64,000 bases of DNA from Anthoceros angustus (GCA_010909165.1 VJWM01000186.1:124001-188000), one strand, 5' to 3'. Shown: positions 36,875-50,750, counted from the first letter of the stretch. Notes: generated by a model not told the origin, from the sequence alone. Translations and numbers: made by a program.

Positions 36875-38194
36875 GCGCCAGGAGTTGGAGGGCCGGAAGG
36901 TGACCCTGGAGCTGCAGCTTCAGGTAACGGAGGAGCGGAATGGGATTCTCCAAGGGAGAATCGAGGATCACGAGCGGGAGATAGAGCGGCTCCAGCTTTG
37001 TTGGAGGGTGGAGGCAGGTCATCGGCGAAGTAAGGAGCAGGATATCGCCGAGTTGGAGAGGGACTTGGAAGAAACCAGGAGCCGAGCGGAGCTGCCGGAA
37101 CGCCTGGAAAGAGATATGGTGGCCCTCCTGGCAAGGATGGACGGGGGAGAGAGAGCTCTGAGGGAAGAGCAAAAGTTGTTGGTCCGGCTGCGGAAGGTAG
37201 AAGGAGAACGCCGTTCCATGGCCAGCAAGTTGGCCGTGCTGCAGAGACAGCGGGAGGAGGAGCAAGTAGAGCAGCACCAAAGGATTCAGGAAGTGGCGGA
37301 GCGGCGGAGCGGCCTTGGCAGCCTTAAGCGACTCAGACTCACTATGTGACCTTGACGGAAATCAAAAGGGCAACCCAACACGCCTGGGGCTGCTGAGGAC
37401 CGAGGCATGAGTATCGGGTGCTCCGCGCCCATGTGGAGGAGGCCATTCAGCAGGTCGACTCCGACTTCGCATATTATCATGCGGAGCTCCTCAAGGCGGT
37501 GGAGGTAGTGCCCCACGCAGGGCAAATTGAAGGGCCACCAGAAGAGTCGGAAGGAGGGTGGAGAGACGCGGCCTGGGGGATAGTGCCGCCATAGGAACCC
37601 TGGGGCGCCGTTCGGGGACGAGAGTAGTAGCGGGGAAGGAGAGCACCCGAACGAGAGGGATACGGCGGACACCACACGACAAGAGGTAAGTCCGTCGCAC
37701 ACCACAAGGAAAGAAGGAGAGGGGGTTCCCGAGCGGGTCAAGGGAGGAGAAGCCCAGGGGGATATGGGACAAGAAGGGGGTTCGGTGGGTGAACACGGAC
37801 CCCCGGAGAATGCTCTGGACGAGGATGTCCATGAACCCGCGAGCCCAGACCCCGAGGTCCGGACTCCGGAAGCGAGGCCGGACCCGAGGTCCGAACTCCG
37901 GAAGCGAGGCCGGACCCCGAGGTCCGGACTCCGGAGGGGGAAGGGGTGAGTGAGGATCAGTCTCAACCCATCCCGGCAGAATGGGTTCCGAGTGGACCCA
38001 CAGGGCAAGGACCCACCAGCACGCCAAGAGACGGCGAGGAGGAGGACTTGGTGGTCACTGCGGTTGTCAGGCCGCCGCCAGTATCGCAGCCTGACAAAGT
38101 CTCGGGCAAAAGGAGGGCCCCCGCATCGCGGATCATCCAATTGGGTGCAGTGCAGGCGAGATTGGGGGCGCCAGAAGGAATCCTGCAATCATGA
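36875..38194 (+). pseudogene. C-terminal part of the gypsy accessory (env-like) ORF: coiled coil plus low-complexity tail
   Basis: ORF 36885-37349 (LELQLQVTEERNGILQGRIEDHEREIERLQL...) directly continues the sequence ending at 61133; last frame stops at 38194. Confidence 0.7.
37848..37934. repeat. ~33-bp tandem repeat, about 2.7 copies
   Basis: gaccccgaggtccggactccggaagcgaggccg units. Confidence 0.85.
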
Positions 38195-38900
38195 CCCCCA
38201 CCAAGACATAGATAGGAAAGCTAGGGAAGATAGGGGGTTGCGTGCTAGGTCCCAGTGAGCTGGATGTCAGCTTAGAATAGGAGTGTAATAAAGGCGCCCC
38301 CTCAGGGCGTAGTATAAGAGGGCGGACGCCGCTCCAGTAAAACATCTTTCTTTTGGGGTTGATACCGCGTTATCATTGCAGACCCTTGTGTGTCCTTCGC
38401 TAACGCGAGTCCTGAGTCACTAAGCGAGCAAGACTACTCCGGAGAGACTGATCCAGGTCTTGGTGACGGACCCTAATGTGTGGTGGTGTGTGTGTACAGG
38501 CGCAGATGACCAGGGACCCTTGCTCCTCCAGAACAGGAGACCGACATCGGACGGACCGAGAGGGCATGCAGAGCCCGTACGGAGGGACCTGGTTGATTGA
38601 CTGCAGAGGTCCGTGGCCACGCAGGCCCACCCACGATTTCCAACTGGTAATGTGTGTAGTGAGCATGGTAGGAGGAGCGGACTAGTAGAGACGTAAGACG
38701 GACTGGTAGGAAACAGACGTAAACGAGTCCTTAAACATTTGGCCATGCCGGGCCTATCCGGTGGACGCTTAGAAGTAACTAGGAAGTGAAAACGATCGCG
38801 TTGGGGTCTCGGATAGGAATCCTTCCCGACGACGGGGTGAGAATCGGGCCACGAACGTGTGAAACGGAACGAATCATTCCCTTGGGAACGGACCCCTTAC

Positions 38901-39072
38901 TGTTAGCGCAGGAGTTAAACCTAACGCACAGTTAATAATCTTTATGTTATATGGATTAGGGTTGTCTTAGTGAATAGACACGTACATAGTATTTAAACGA
39001 TTTTGTTATGCTCATTATTGCAATTTTACTATCAGAGTTTTCTCTACGCTCTCGCTCCGCTCAACCTTCTTA
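38901..39072 (+). repeat. Copia LTR 1 (TG..TA), followed by tRNA-iMet PBS TGGTATCAGAGCC
   Basis: tgttagcgcagg...aaccttctta; PBS at 39073-39085. Confidence 0.95.
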
Positions 39073-39116
39073 TGGTATCAGAGCCATGCTTTGGTTCTTG
39101 AGTGATTCTCTTAAAA

Positions 39117-39747
39117 ATGCCGAGAGTAATATCTAATAGAGGTTCACGTTCTGGTGGATCATCACAAAGACAACGTCGTGAGGGACGTCCACCAAGACAT
39201 AACACAGCACCAGTACCTTTTGATACGGTGCTTGACCTTTATGAACACGATTACCCTCGTCTTTGGCAGCAGCGATTCATTGCTCAAAGCGATACCACAC
39301 AGCCCATCTTGGGAGTTGAATAGAAACCAACAAATTGACAGGCTCTGAGGCGTTGCCACAGAAGGGGACAGAATCCCGACCTATTCTACAGCCCTCCAAC
39401 AAATTCAGATCCGCCTCGACATTCGACCGCCTGACTCGAATCTTCCGTCGGCCCCACACACACAAAGACAAAACCGCTGGTCAAACAGTGTCACTGATAG
39501 AGCACATGCTATTCTGATTCGTGTGGAAAAAGTGTTGTCCCTATCACTTTCCAACCAGGAGATTCTCAAGAACAGAGTGGAGACTCTTGATGCTGACACA
39601 GAGCAAGCAATTTCAACTTGCAAGAATGAAATTCAGAGGGACATCAATGACTTATCTGAATTCTTGCGAATGATGCACCTAAAAATCCAGGATTTGGAGC
39701 TTGGGTGCTCACATGCTGATGATGATCAGCCCATTCTTGCTTTGTGA
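39117..39747 (+). pseudogene. Extra upstream ORF of the copia (R/S/G-rich N-terminus plus coiled coil), frameshifted; second copy ~45402-46003
   Basis: MPR..SNRGSRSGGSSQRQRREGRPPRHN...VEKVLSLSLSNQEILKNRVETLDADTEQAISTCKNEIQRDINDLSEFLRMMHLKIQDLE; present in both units with different indels. Confidence 0.55.
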
Positions 39748-40312
39748 GATCTTCCGCTGCCATTGAGCGGAGCGCCCTGGAGCAGGAGCACTTTTCTGCT
39801 CAGATCTGAAGCGTCACCTTTCCGACGGTGCCTTTTCGTTTAATCTCTCTTCCTGTGTGCTGATAGGTTCTCGTGTAGAGTTGCACCTGTTCACAGTCAA
39901 GGGACATGACAGTTAGGGTTTTTATTTTTGAGCATATTTTCTTGTGACTTTAAATGTCATGCAAATGTTGGTCTGAAACCCTAACGACGTAACTTAAACG
40001 TTCTTCTTGAAAGGAGGTGTCTGTTCACACCTGCGCACCTAGGAAGGTGGATGAGGGAGCTAGCCTGTGAGGGATTAGATACGTCTGTATTTACCCCCCC
40101 TCAGGCTGTCACCCTCGCCCAACCCCCTGGACACGCATTGTTAGTCTGCAAGAGACATAGTCTAGCAGCTTGAGCATAAGAGCACTTACCTGTCCAGCAA
40201 CTACCATAGTTTTTTGCTGTCTTTTAGGTGCCTTATGTCCACAGCTCCTCAGCTGAATGCATTGATCAACAGCTTCAATAACTTGAGCCTGCAACCCAAA
40301 CCCCAGATCAAC

Positions 40313-43300
40313 ATGGCCACTCATTTTGTCTCTTTTAGTTCAGATGTATAGGACAAGGACAGGTTTAGAGGTACTGGCTACTCAATCTGGCGTGTCCGGA
40401 TGAAAACCATACTTACCGCTCGTGGTGTCTGGTCTAGTGTTGATGGTTCTCTCACGAGCGACCCACAATCTAAACGATGAGTATGCCAAGTGGGAGCACA
40501 ATAATGGAGTTGCTATGGGTCATTGTCAATAATGGATGCCGCACTTATCCCTAATGTAGAATTTCTTGCAACGGAGGACATCCGGGATCACCGGAAAAGA
40601 CCTATCACACCACCACAATGGCTACATTGTCACCGCATGGAATTCTACACTTTACGCATGAAGGAAGGAGACAAAATGGCGCACATACCAGCAAGTTTCG
40701 CCACCTTGAGCACAAATTCATCCATCACCAAAACACAAATGGAGTCGAAGCTATCTCCCAACTCCTCACCACCGCCACCCTCTTATCAATCTTTCATAAG
40801 TTTCAGATCCCATTGTCATGCCGCATACCGGTAGCTAATACCATGGAGGACACGATCGGAGCTCTCTACCAAGAAGAGCAAACTCGTTTAGCATCAATCG
40901 GTTTGCACAAGCAATCCAAAGGGAAAAGGTCTTGTGAATTTTCGCCCTAAAGGAAAGGGCAAATTCGGAGGAAATTTCGTGACAAGCCAAGGATAGGATC
41001 AATCTTCAAGTTCTAAACGACTGCACATGCAACTGTGGCATACAGCCCTTGGGCACGAGTGTCGCAAGCGTAAAGTCGGAGCCCTGAGGCTAAACTGCTG
41101 CAAGTGTTGCGATGAAGGACAAACTGCTGAAAAGGCGCCGCTTAAGATCCTCACCATATGTTTGTCAAGCTCGACACATGATGATGAGAGCTGGTACCTC
41201 GACTCGGGCTACCACACACATGCAAAAGAGGGAGTTGTTTACCTCACTCAACCTTGTTCATGTCCATGAAAAGGTACTCCTTGGTGATGAGCGGTCTAGA
41301 ACTGTGCATATTGAAGGCGAGGCACGTGTGTTTTCCATCCGAAGATAACAGACCTCACCATCGAAGATGTTCTCTTCGTACCTAGCATGGCTAAAAACCT
41401 CATGTCGATGAGTCGCTCATGCGTCTCGCACCTTCACTATGTATCGATTCTAAGCAATCGCTTGTTTTATAGAAAGGAATCTCCTAGTAGGTGTGTCTTT
41501 AAGGATTTTAGATAACTCCCTTTACCGCTTGGACATAACCTGCTCACAGAAGCTAGTCAACATGTTGTACACTCCACGGTACCCTTCACTCCCCGAGGCG
41601 AAGTCTTTGTGGCATGCGAGACTAGGACATGTGAACAGACGAAAATTGATTGATATGTCCATTACAGTGTCACAGAGAACCCCGCCCAAGTGTTTTAAAA
41701 TTTACCTCAATGTGAGTCGTGCATTCTAGCTAAGCGGAAGGAATTACCCTTTCCGAATGCACTGCACAGAGCCACACAAGTACTTGAGTTAGTCCATGCG
41801 AGATATCTCGGGCAAGATCCATTCCCCATCTTTGGGTGGATCTCAATACTTCTTCACATTAACGGATGATTATAGTAGGTATACATGGACATTTCCCATG
41901 CTCAAGAGTGAAACTTTTGAGTATTTTAAGGAGGCTTCAAATCGCAAAGGCAATGGAATCTTTGGTCAAAACTCTAAGGATCGACAATGGCACGGAGTTC
42001 GTCAACTCATCTTTTGACGCCTTTCCGGGAGCATGGAATTCTCAGCATTGCCCCTACACACCCCAATGTAATGGTGTGTCGAACGCAAAAATCAAACTCG
42101 CTCGGGATGACTAGGAGCATGCTCATCGGTTTACCTCAAGGTTATTAGGCGGAGGTGGTGATAAAGAACCTACATCCTTAACGGGATATTGACAAGTTCA
42201 GTTCCCAACAAAACACCTTATGAGGTCTTTTGGCGCAAGAAACCATCAACGCTACATCTGCGGGTGTTTGGATCTGCATTTGCTTACATACATTGAGAAA
42301 AGGCGGAAACTTGACCCTCGAGCACAAGGTTTGCGTTTTGTTGGGTACAGATAACTAAAGCCTACAAGCTGTACAATCCTAAATCTGGATCCATGTTGCT
42401 TGCTCGGAGTGTGACTTTCCTTGAGCCACAAGCCCCTGCTCCACAATCCTATCTGAGGAGATACTTGATTGAACATCTCTGAAAAACCAGACCTGGATGA
42501 CTTGGAGAATGAGGGGGCTGCTTCCACTTACCCTCTTGACGATATGGATCCTGAAGATATTGTCCCGGTGGAGGATTTCGCAGTTGAACCTGCCGATGAT
42601 GTTGCTGCCGATGATCAACCACCTCCTGCACTTGATGTGCCTCACCCTGATGTTGCTGCTGGTCATCATGACAATTTCAATCTGCAGGATGACCCGGATA
42701 TTGACTTGGGCGATCACTACCCTCCAGATGATGAGGGGGATGCTCTCCCCATTCCAGACAACGAGGTGGATGCTCTTAATGCGCTTGATGATCATGTTGA
42801 TGCTGCCCCTGCTGACGAGCCACCGGCAGAGGAGCCTGTACTTCGACGTTCTACTCGTCACAGGCCCCCTCCCGACCAATGGGCAGAGCCCCGCTACCAG
42901 TCTATTGATTTTCGTAAAACCTCTTTTGCTAAAGTTGCTACCTTGGCTACTGCTAGCCCTGATATTCCAGATGAGCCTACCACTTTACAGCAGGCCTTTA
43001 CTGGTCCACAGAGTGAACAGTGGAAGGCTGCAGTGGAGGACGAGTACCAATCTCTCATTAAAAACGAGACTTGGGCACTTGCAGACCTCCCACCTGGAAG
43101 AAAGGCAATCAGCTGTAAGTGGGTTTTTAAAATCAAGCTTAATGCACAAGGACAAGTGGCGAGATACAAAGCAAGGCTCGTGGCTCGTGGGTTTACCCAA
43201 GTTGAAGGTCTCGACTACCAAGAGACTTTCTCTCCGTCGTTCGACGCTTGATCCATAAGAATCCTTCTTGCATATGTCAATTTGATCTGGACTTACAAAG

Positions 43301-44461
43301 AAATGGATGTTTGCACGGCTTTCTTATATGGTGCCCTTGAAGAAGAGCTGTATATGTTGCAGCTACGAAGACAAGCGGCACCGAACAAAGTGTTAAAGCT
43401 CAAGTGCATATACGGTTTGAAACAAAGCGGTCCGGTACTTTACAATGCACGTGTACCGATCGATCGATTTCATCAAAATGCACCGAAAGAACGTGTACAA
43501 GCTCACACAAGGAGTTTCGATCGTCATCCCGGCTCTTTATGTGGATGACGTCATATTTGCTACAAGCGATCAAAAGGTCAGCAAGAAGTGTGAAGGACAA
43601 ACTCATGATTCGACATGAAAGACATAGGGGAACTTAACTGTCTTGGAATACAACCGCTTCGTGTAAGGGAAGAAGGGTTACTCTTTATCCACCAAAAGAT
43701 AAGTACATAAATGAGATACTCAAGCGATTCAACCTTGACGAGGCCGGGCCACCACCACTCCTTATGCTTGTACAAAATCGACATGCCGCGCCACAACTGC
43801 GAAATTGGACATGCAGGACATACCTTACAGGCATCTTTGTGGGGTCCCTAATTTCTTGAACCGGACGCCCGACATAGATTGTTAGCAAGGCCATAGTTCT
43901 TAGAAAATCTGCTAGGGTACACCGGTAGTCCAAGAGAATATTTCGTTATCTCAAAGGTACTCACAAGTATGGACTTATGTACAAGAGCAGGACAAAAACA
44001 ACTTATCTTGAGGGCTTCTTGATGCCGGGCGTCAGTTGATTCACGCAGGAGCCTATCCACGTATTGCTATCTGCTAGGTTCAGCAGATCACATGGAGCTG
44101 CAAAAGGTCTGCCCCGAGTTCTTAAGCGAGTACAAGTCTTTAATCAAGAAAAGAGGCTGAATGGGAACGCAGTTTTCTCAAGGACTTGGGACAGCCGCAG
44201 GAGAAACCAACCCTTGTGCTCTGCGACAACACTGCAGCCCTTAAGTTAGTTGAAAGCTCGAAATTCCATGCTCGAACGAAGCACATTGAAGTGCAACATC
44301 ATTACATACGGGATGTGGTTCACAGAGGTATCCTTAAATTGGATTACATACAGACAGATGAGAACACTGCTGACATCCTTACGAAAGGATTGTCTAAGTA
44401 CAAGCACTACTATCATATGGACGACATGGGACTGCGGGATTATTCTGCCTATTTCGAGTGA
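40313..44461 (+). pseudogene. Copia gag-pol, unit 1 (many frameshifts)
   Basis: gag WRVRMK; WYLDSG protease; LWHARLGH; TDDYSRYTW/IDNGTEF integrase; KARLVARGFTQ..DY, MDVCTAFLYG RT; CDN..FHARTKHIEVQHH..ADILTKGL RNase H. Confidence 0.9.
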
Positions 44462-45188
44462 CAGTTTCTTATCTGGAGGTGTTGAAGGTGGGTGGGAGCC
44501 TTTTGCTTCCTGATGATTCATTAAACTTGCCACTCCCGGCGGATGGTTGAGCTCACAAGGAACGCGATGGCCGCCATGAACCCTCACTCACAGCACATGG
44601 AACAGGAGCAGGTGGATGAAGCGTCCACGACCTACTTAATCACCTGGCTGCCTGTGCTCTGGGCAGCCCTACTCCTCATCCCTCAGTTTGCTGAGCATCT
44701 TCGCTACACCCTCCAGTTGCTCCACCAGCTTTGCTTGCCCTCCTTGTCTTTAGCGGTGTGGGTAGGTTGACGACTTCTTCTGCCATCTTGCCCCACACAA
44801 GTGAAATATTCAGCTCCACGTGGTATCCACCAATGCGTGTGTGCTGGCCGGTGCAGTAGCGGTTCTCCCACTCCCAGCCTCTAGCCATATCCTCCCGGGA
44901 CGCCGTTTTGGGCAACCGAACTGAGTTGTGAATCCACAGAATCCACAGAATCCACAGACGCGTAAGGATGAAGAGCGCGAGTTGAGATTTGGCGGTGAGC
45001 ACAGCCAGATGGAGCTCCATCCTTATAGTCGCGGCCTTGATTGCGATCGTGTCGGATCGCCACCCAACCACCGGGTTACGCCTGCCGCGAGCGAGAGACC
45101 TGCTCTCGTGACGACCACCGCCTGGTTCTAGTGAGAAGTCCTTCGCTGTGGTTTCGTGTTTTGCTTAACCGTGGTTAGTTTAAGAGGG

Positions 45189-45357
45189 TGTTAGCGCAGG
45201 AGTTAAACCTAACGCATTAATAATCTTTATGTTATATGGATTAGGGTTGTCTTAGTGAATAGACACGTACATAGTATTTAAACGATTTTGTTATGCTCAT
45301 TATTGCAATTTTACTATCAGAGTTTTCTCTACGCTCTCGCTCCGCTCAACCTTCTTA
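45189..45357 (+). repeat. Copia LTR 2 (shared middle LTR), with PPT before and PBS after
   Basis: Same sequence as LTR 1; aagaggg upstream, tggtatcagagcc downstream. Confidence 0.95.
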
Positions 45358-46538
45358 TGGTATCAGAGCCATGCTTTGGTTCTTGAGTGATTCTCTTAAA
45401 AATGCCGAGACAGGGCAGATCTAATAGAGGTTCACGTTCTGGTGGATCATCACAAAGACAACGTCGTGAGGGACGTCCACCAAGACATAACACAGCACCA
45501 GTACCTTTTGATACGGTGCTTGACCTTTATGAACACGATTACCCTCGTCTTTGGCGTGATTCATTGCTCAAAGGCGGATACCACGCCATCTTGGGAGTTG
45601 AATAGAAACCAACAAATTGACAGGCTCTCGGAGCGCTACGAAGGCAGAATCCCGACCTATTCTACAGCCTCCAACAAATTCAGATCCGCCTCGACATTCT
45701 CGGCGCGGCTGAATCTTCCGTCGGCCCCAGCACACAAAGACAAAACCGGGTCAAACATTGTCGTGATAGAGCACATGCTATTCGATTCGTGTGGAAAAGT
45801 GTTGTCCTGCTACTTTCCAACCGGAGATTCTCAAGAGCAGTGGAGACTCTTGATCGACACGAGCAAGCAATTTCAACTTGCAAGAATGAAATTGAGAGGG
45901 ACATCAATGACTTATCGAATTCTTGCGAATGATGCACCTAAAAATCCGAATTGGAGCTTGGGTGCTCACATGCCGATGATGATCAGCCCATTCTTGCTTT
46001 GTGAGATCTTCCGCGCCATTGAGCGGGCGCCTGGAGCAGAGCACTTTTCGGTCTGAGCGTCACCTTCCGGCGGTGCCTTTTCGTTTAATCTCTCTTCTGT
46101 GTCTTTGATAGGTTCTTGTGTAGAGTTGCACTGCTCACTCAAGGGACATGACAGCTTAGGGTTTTTTTTTGAGCATATTTTCTTGTGACTTTAAATGTCA
46201 TGCAAATGTTGGTCTGAAACCCTAACGACGTCACTTAAACGTTTCTTCTTGAAAGGAGGTGTCTGTTCACACCTGCGCACCTAGGAAGGTGGATGAGGGA
46301 GCTAGCCTGTGAGGGATTAGATACGTCAGATGTTACCCCCTCAGCCGTCACCCGCCCAACCCCTGGACACGCATTGTTAGTCTGCAAGAGACATAGTCTA
46401 GCGCTTGAGCATAAGAACACTTACATCCAGCTACCATAGTTTTGCTGTCTTTAGGTGCCTTATGTCCACAGCTCCTCACCGAATGCATTGATCAACGACT
46501 TCAATAACTTGAGCCTGCAACCCAAACCCCGGATCAAC

Positions 46539-49500
46539 ATGGCCACTCATTTTGTCTCTTTTAGTTCGGATGTAAAGGACAAGGACGGGTTTAGAGTGCG
46601 GCTACTCAATCTGCGTGTCCGGATGAAAACCATACTTAGCGTGGTGTCCGGTCTAGTGTTGATGGTTCTCTCAAACCGACCCACAATCTAAACTGATGAG
46701 TATGCCAAGTGGGAGCACAATAATGGAGTTGCTATGGCTGTCATTGTCAATGGGCTGGATGCCGCACTTATCCCTAATGTAGAATTTCTTGCAACGGCGG
46801 AGGACATCTGGGATCAGCTGGAAAAGACCTATCACACCACTACAATGGCCACATTGTCAGCTGTGCGCATGGAATTCTACACTTTACGCATGAAGGAAGG
46901 AGACAAAATGGCTGCACATACCAGCAAGTTTCGCCACCTTCGAGCACAAATTCAGTCCATCACCAAAACACAAATGACAGAGTCTGAAGCTATCTCCCAA
47001 CTCCTCACCAGCCTGCCACCCTCTTATCAATCTTTCGTTACAAGTTTCCAGGCTGGTCCAGTTGCCGCAGCCGCAGCTGCTGTACAGCTGCCCATTACCA
47101 TGGAGGACACGATCGGAGCTCTCTACCAAGAAGAGCAAACTCGTTTGGCATCAACTGGTTTGCACAAGCAATCCAAAGGGGAAAAGGTCTTCGCTGTGAA
47201 TTTTCGCCCTAAAGGAAAGGGCAAATTCAGAGGGGGAAATTTCCCAGGACAAGCCAAGGATAGGACTGAATCTTCCAGTTCTAAACGACCAGGCACATGC
47301 AACTGGTGTGGCATACCTGGCCACTGGGCACGCGAGTGTCGCAAGCGTAAAGTCGGAGCCCTGAGGCGCTAAACTGCTGCAAGTGTTGCGATGAAGGACA
47401 AACTGCTGAAAAGGCGCGTTAAGATCCTCACCATATGTTTGTCAAGCTCGACACATGATGATGAGAGCTGGTACCTCGACTCGGGCTACCACACATCCGC
47501 AAAAGAGGGAGTTGTTTACCTCACTCAACCTTGTTCATGTCCATGAAAAGGTACTCCTTGGTGATGAGCGGTCTAGAACTCGCATATTGAAGGCGAGGCA
47601 CGTGTGTTTTCCATCCGAAGATAACAGACCTCACCATCGAAGATGTTCTCTTCTGCATCTAGCATGGCTAAAAACCTCATGTCGATGAGTCGCTCATGCG
47701 TCTCGCACCTTCACTATGTATCTTGATTCTAAGCTTGTTTTATAGAAAGGAATCTCCTAGTAGGTGTGTCTTTAAGGGATTTTAGATAACTCCCTTTACC
47801 GCTTGGACATAACCTCACTCACAACAGAAGCTAGTCAACATGTTGTACACTCCACGGTACCCTTCACTCCCCGAGGCGAAGGCAGTGGCATGCGAGACTA
47901 GGACATGTGAGCAGACGAAATTGATTGATATGTCCATTACAGTGTCACAGAGAACCCCGCCCAAGTGTTTTAAAATTTACCTCAATGTGAGTCGTGCATT
48001 CTAGCTAAGCAAGGAATTACCCTTTCCGAATGCACTGCACAAAGAGCCACACAAGTACTTGAGTTAGTCCATGCAGATATCTCGGGCAAGATCCATTCCC
48101 CATCTTTGGGTGGATCTCAATACTTCTTCACATTAATGATGATTATAGTAGGTATACATGGACATTTCCCATGCTCAAGAGTGAAACTTTTGAGTATTTT
48201 AAGGATGGCTTCAAATCGCACAAAGGCAACGGAATCTGGTCAAAACTCTAAGGATCGACAATGGCACGGAGTTCGTCAACTCATCTTTTGTGATCTTCTC
48301 CGAGCATGGAATTCTCGGCCACGGTTCCCTACACACCCCAGAATGGTGTGTCGAATAAAAATCAAACTCTACTCGGGATGACTAGGAGCATGCTCATCCG
48401 GGCGTTTACCTCAAGGTTATTAGGCGGAGGCGTGGTGTGACAACCTACATCCTTAACAGGATATTGACAAGTTCAGTTCCCAACAAAACACCTTATGAGG
48501 TCGTTTGGCGCAAGAAACCATCACTGCTACATCTGCGGGTGTTTGGATCACAGGCATTTGCTTACATACCTGTTGAGAAAAGGCGGAAACTTGACCCTCG
48601 AGCACAAGGTTTGCGTTTTGGTGGGTACAGTGAGCGAACTAAAGCCTACAAGCTGTACAATCCTAAATCTGGATCCATGTTGCTTGCTCGGAGTGTGACT
48701 TTCCTTGAGCCACAAGCCCCTGCTCCACAATCCTATCTGAGGGACAGATACTTCAGTTCAGAACATCTCTGAAAAACCAGACCTGGATGACTTGGAAATT
48801 ATTGCTTCCACTTACCCTCTTGACGATATGGATCACGAAGATATTGTCCCGGTGGAGGATTTCGATTGAACTGCGATGATGTTGCCGCCGATGATCAACC
48901 ACCTCACGCACTTGATGTGCCTCACCACGATGTTGCTGGTCATCATGACAATTTCAATCTGCAGGATGACCGGATATTGACTTGGGCGATCACTACCCTC
49001 CGGATGATGAGGGGATGCTCTCCCATTCCGCATAACGAGGTGGATGCTCTTAATGCGCTTGATGATCATGTTGATGCGCCCGCTAACGAGCCACCGGCGA
49101 GGAGCTCAGACGACGTTCTACCGTCACGGGCCCCTCCGACCAATGGGCGAGCCCGCTACCCCTATTGATTTTCGTAAAACCTCTTTTGCTAAAGTTGCTT
49201 TGGCTACGCTAGCCACGATATTCGGATGAGCCTACCACTTTACGGCCTCTTGGTCCACGAGTGAGCGGTGGAAGGCTGCGGTGGAGGACGAGTACCAATC
49301 TCTCATTAAAAAGCGAGACTTGGGCACTTGCGGACCTCCCACGGAAGAAAGGCAATCACCGTAAGTGGGTTTTAAAATCAAGCTTAATGCACAAGGACAA
49401 GTGGCGGATACAAAGCAAGGCTCGTGGCTCGTGGGTTTACCCAAGTTGAAGGTCTCGATTACCAAGAGACTTTCTCTCCCGTCGTTCGCACGCAGTCCAT

Positions 49501-50750
49501 AAGAATCCTTCTTGCATATGCTGCCGAATTTGATCTGGACTTACAGCAAATGGATGTTTGCACGGCTTTCTTATATGGTGCCCTTGAAGAAGAGCTGTAT
49601 ATGTTGCAGCCTGAAGCCTACGAAGACAAGCGGCACCCGAACAAAGTGTTAAAGCTTCTGAAGTGCATATACGGTTTGAAACAAAGCGGGCGTGTCTGGT
49701 ACTTTACAATGCACGTGTACCTGATCAGCATCGATTTCATCCAAAATGCAGCTGACAGCAACGTGTACAAGCTCACACAAGGAGTTTCGATCGTCATCCT
49801 GGTTCTTTATGTGGATGACGTCATATTTGCTACAAACGATCAAAAGCTGTTAGCAAGTGTGAAGGACAAACTCAGCAGCAGATTTGACATGAAAGACATA
49901 GGGGAACTTAACTTCTGTCTTGGAATACAACTGCTTCGTGTAAGGGAAGAAGGGTTACTCTTTATCCACCAGTATAAGTACATAAATGAGATACTCAAAC
50001 GATTCAACCTTGACGAGGCCAGGCCAGCCACCACTCCTTATGCTGCTGGTACAAAACTGACCAAGTGCCAGTGCCCACAGTCACAAGCTGAGAAATTGGA
50101 CATGCAGGACATACCTTACAGGCATGCTGTGGGGTCCCTAATTTCGCGAATCGGACGCTACGACATACGATGTTATAGTCATAGCTTCTTAGAAAATCCT
50201 GCTAGGGTACACTGGGTAGCTGTCAAGAGAATATTTCGTTATCTCAAAGGTACTCACAAGTATGGACTTATGTACAAGAGCACAGGACAAAAACAACTTA
50301 TCTTGAGGGCTTCACCGATGCCGATGGCCGGATTGATTCACGCAGGAGCCTATCCACGTATTGCTATCTGCTAGGTTCAGCAGCCACATGGAGCGCAAAA
50401 GCAAGCGTCTGCTGTTCTGAGTTCCAAGCCGAGTACAAGTCTTTAATCAAGCAAAAAGAGGTGAATGGGAACGCAGCTTTTCTCAAGGACTTGGGACACC
50501 CAGGAGAAACCAACCCTTGTGCTCTGCGACAACACCGCAGCCCTTGAGTTAGTTGAAAGCTCGAAATTCCATGCTCGAGCGAAGCACATTGAAGTGCAAC
50601 ATCATTACATACGGATGTGGTTCAGAGGTATCCTTAAATTGGATTACATACAGATGAGAACACTGACATCCTTACGAAAGGATTGTCTAAGTACAAGCAC
50701 TACTATCATATGGACATGGGATGCAGGATTATTACGCCTATTTCGAGTGC
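46539..50750 (+). pseudogene. Copia gag-pol, unit 2 (frameshifts)
   Basis: Gag 46734-47372 with CNWCGIPGHWAREC; RT 49424-50374 with IYGLKQSGR and YVDD; RNase H KHIEVQHH. Confidence 0.9.

Noticed and set aside
37286-38188. 300-aa minus-strand ORF, and similar antisense ORFs at 52391-55070 and 58522-59202
   Set aside because: Shadows of GC/purine-rich plus-strand coding or low-complexity sequence.
39073-39085. tRNA-like sequences at the PBS sites
   Set aside because: Only 13-18-nt complements of tRNA 3' ends, not tRNA genes.
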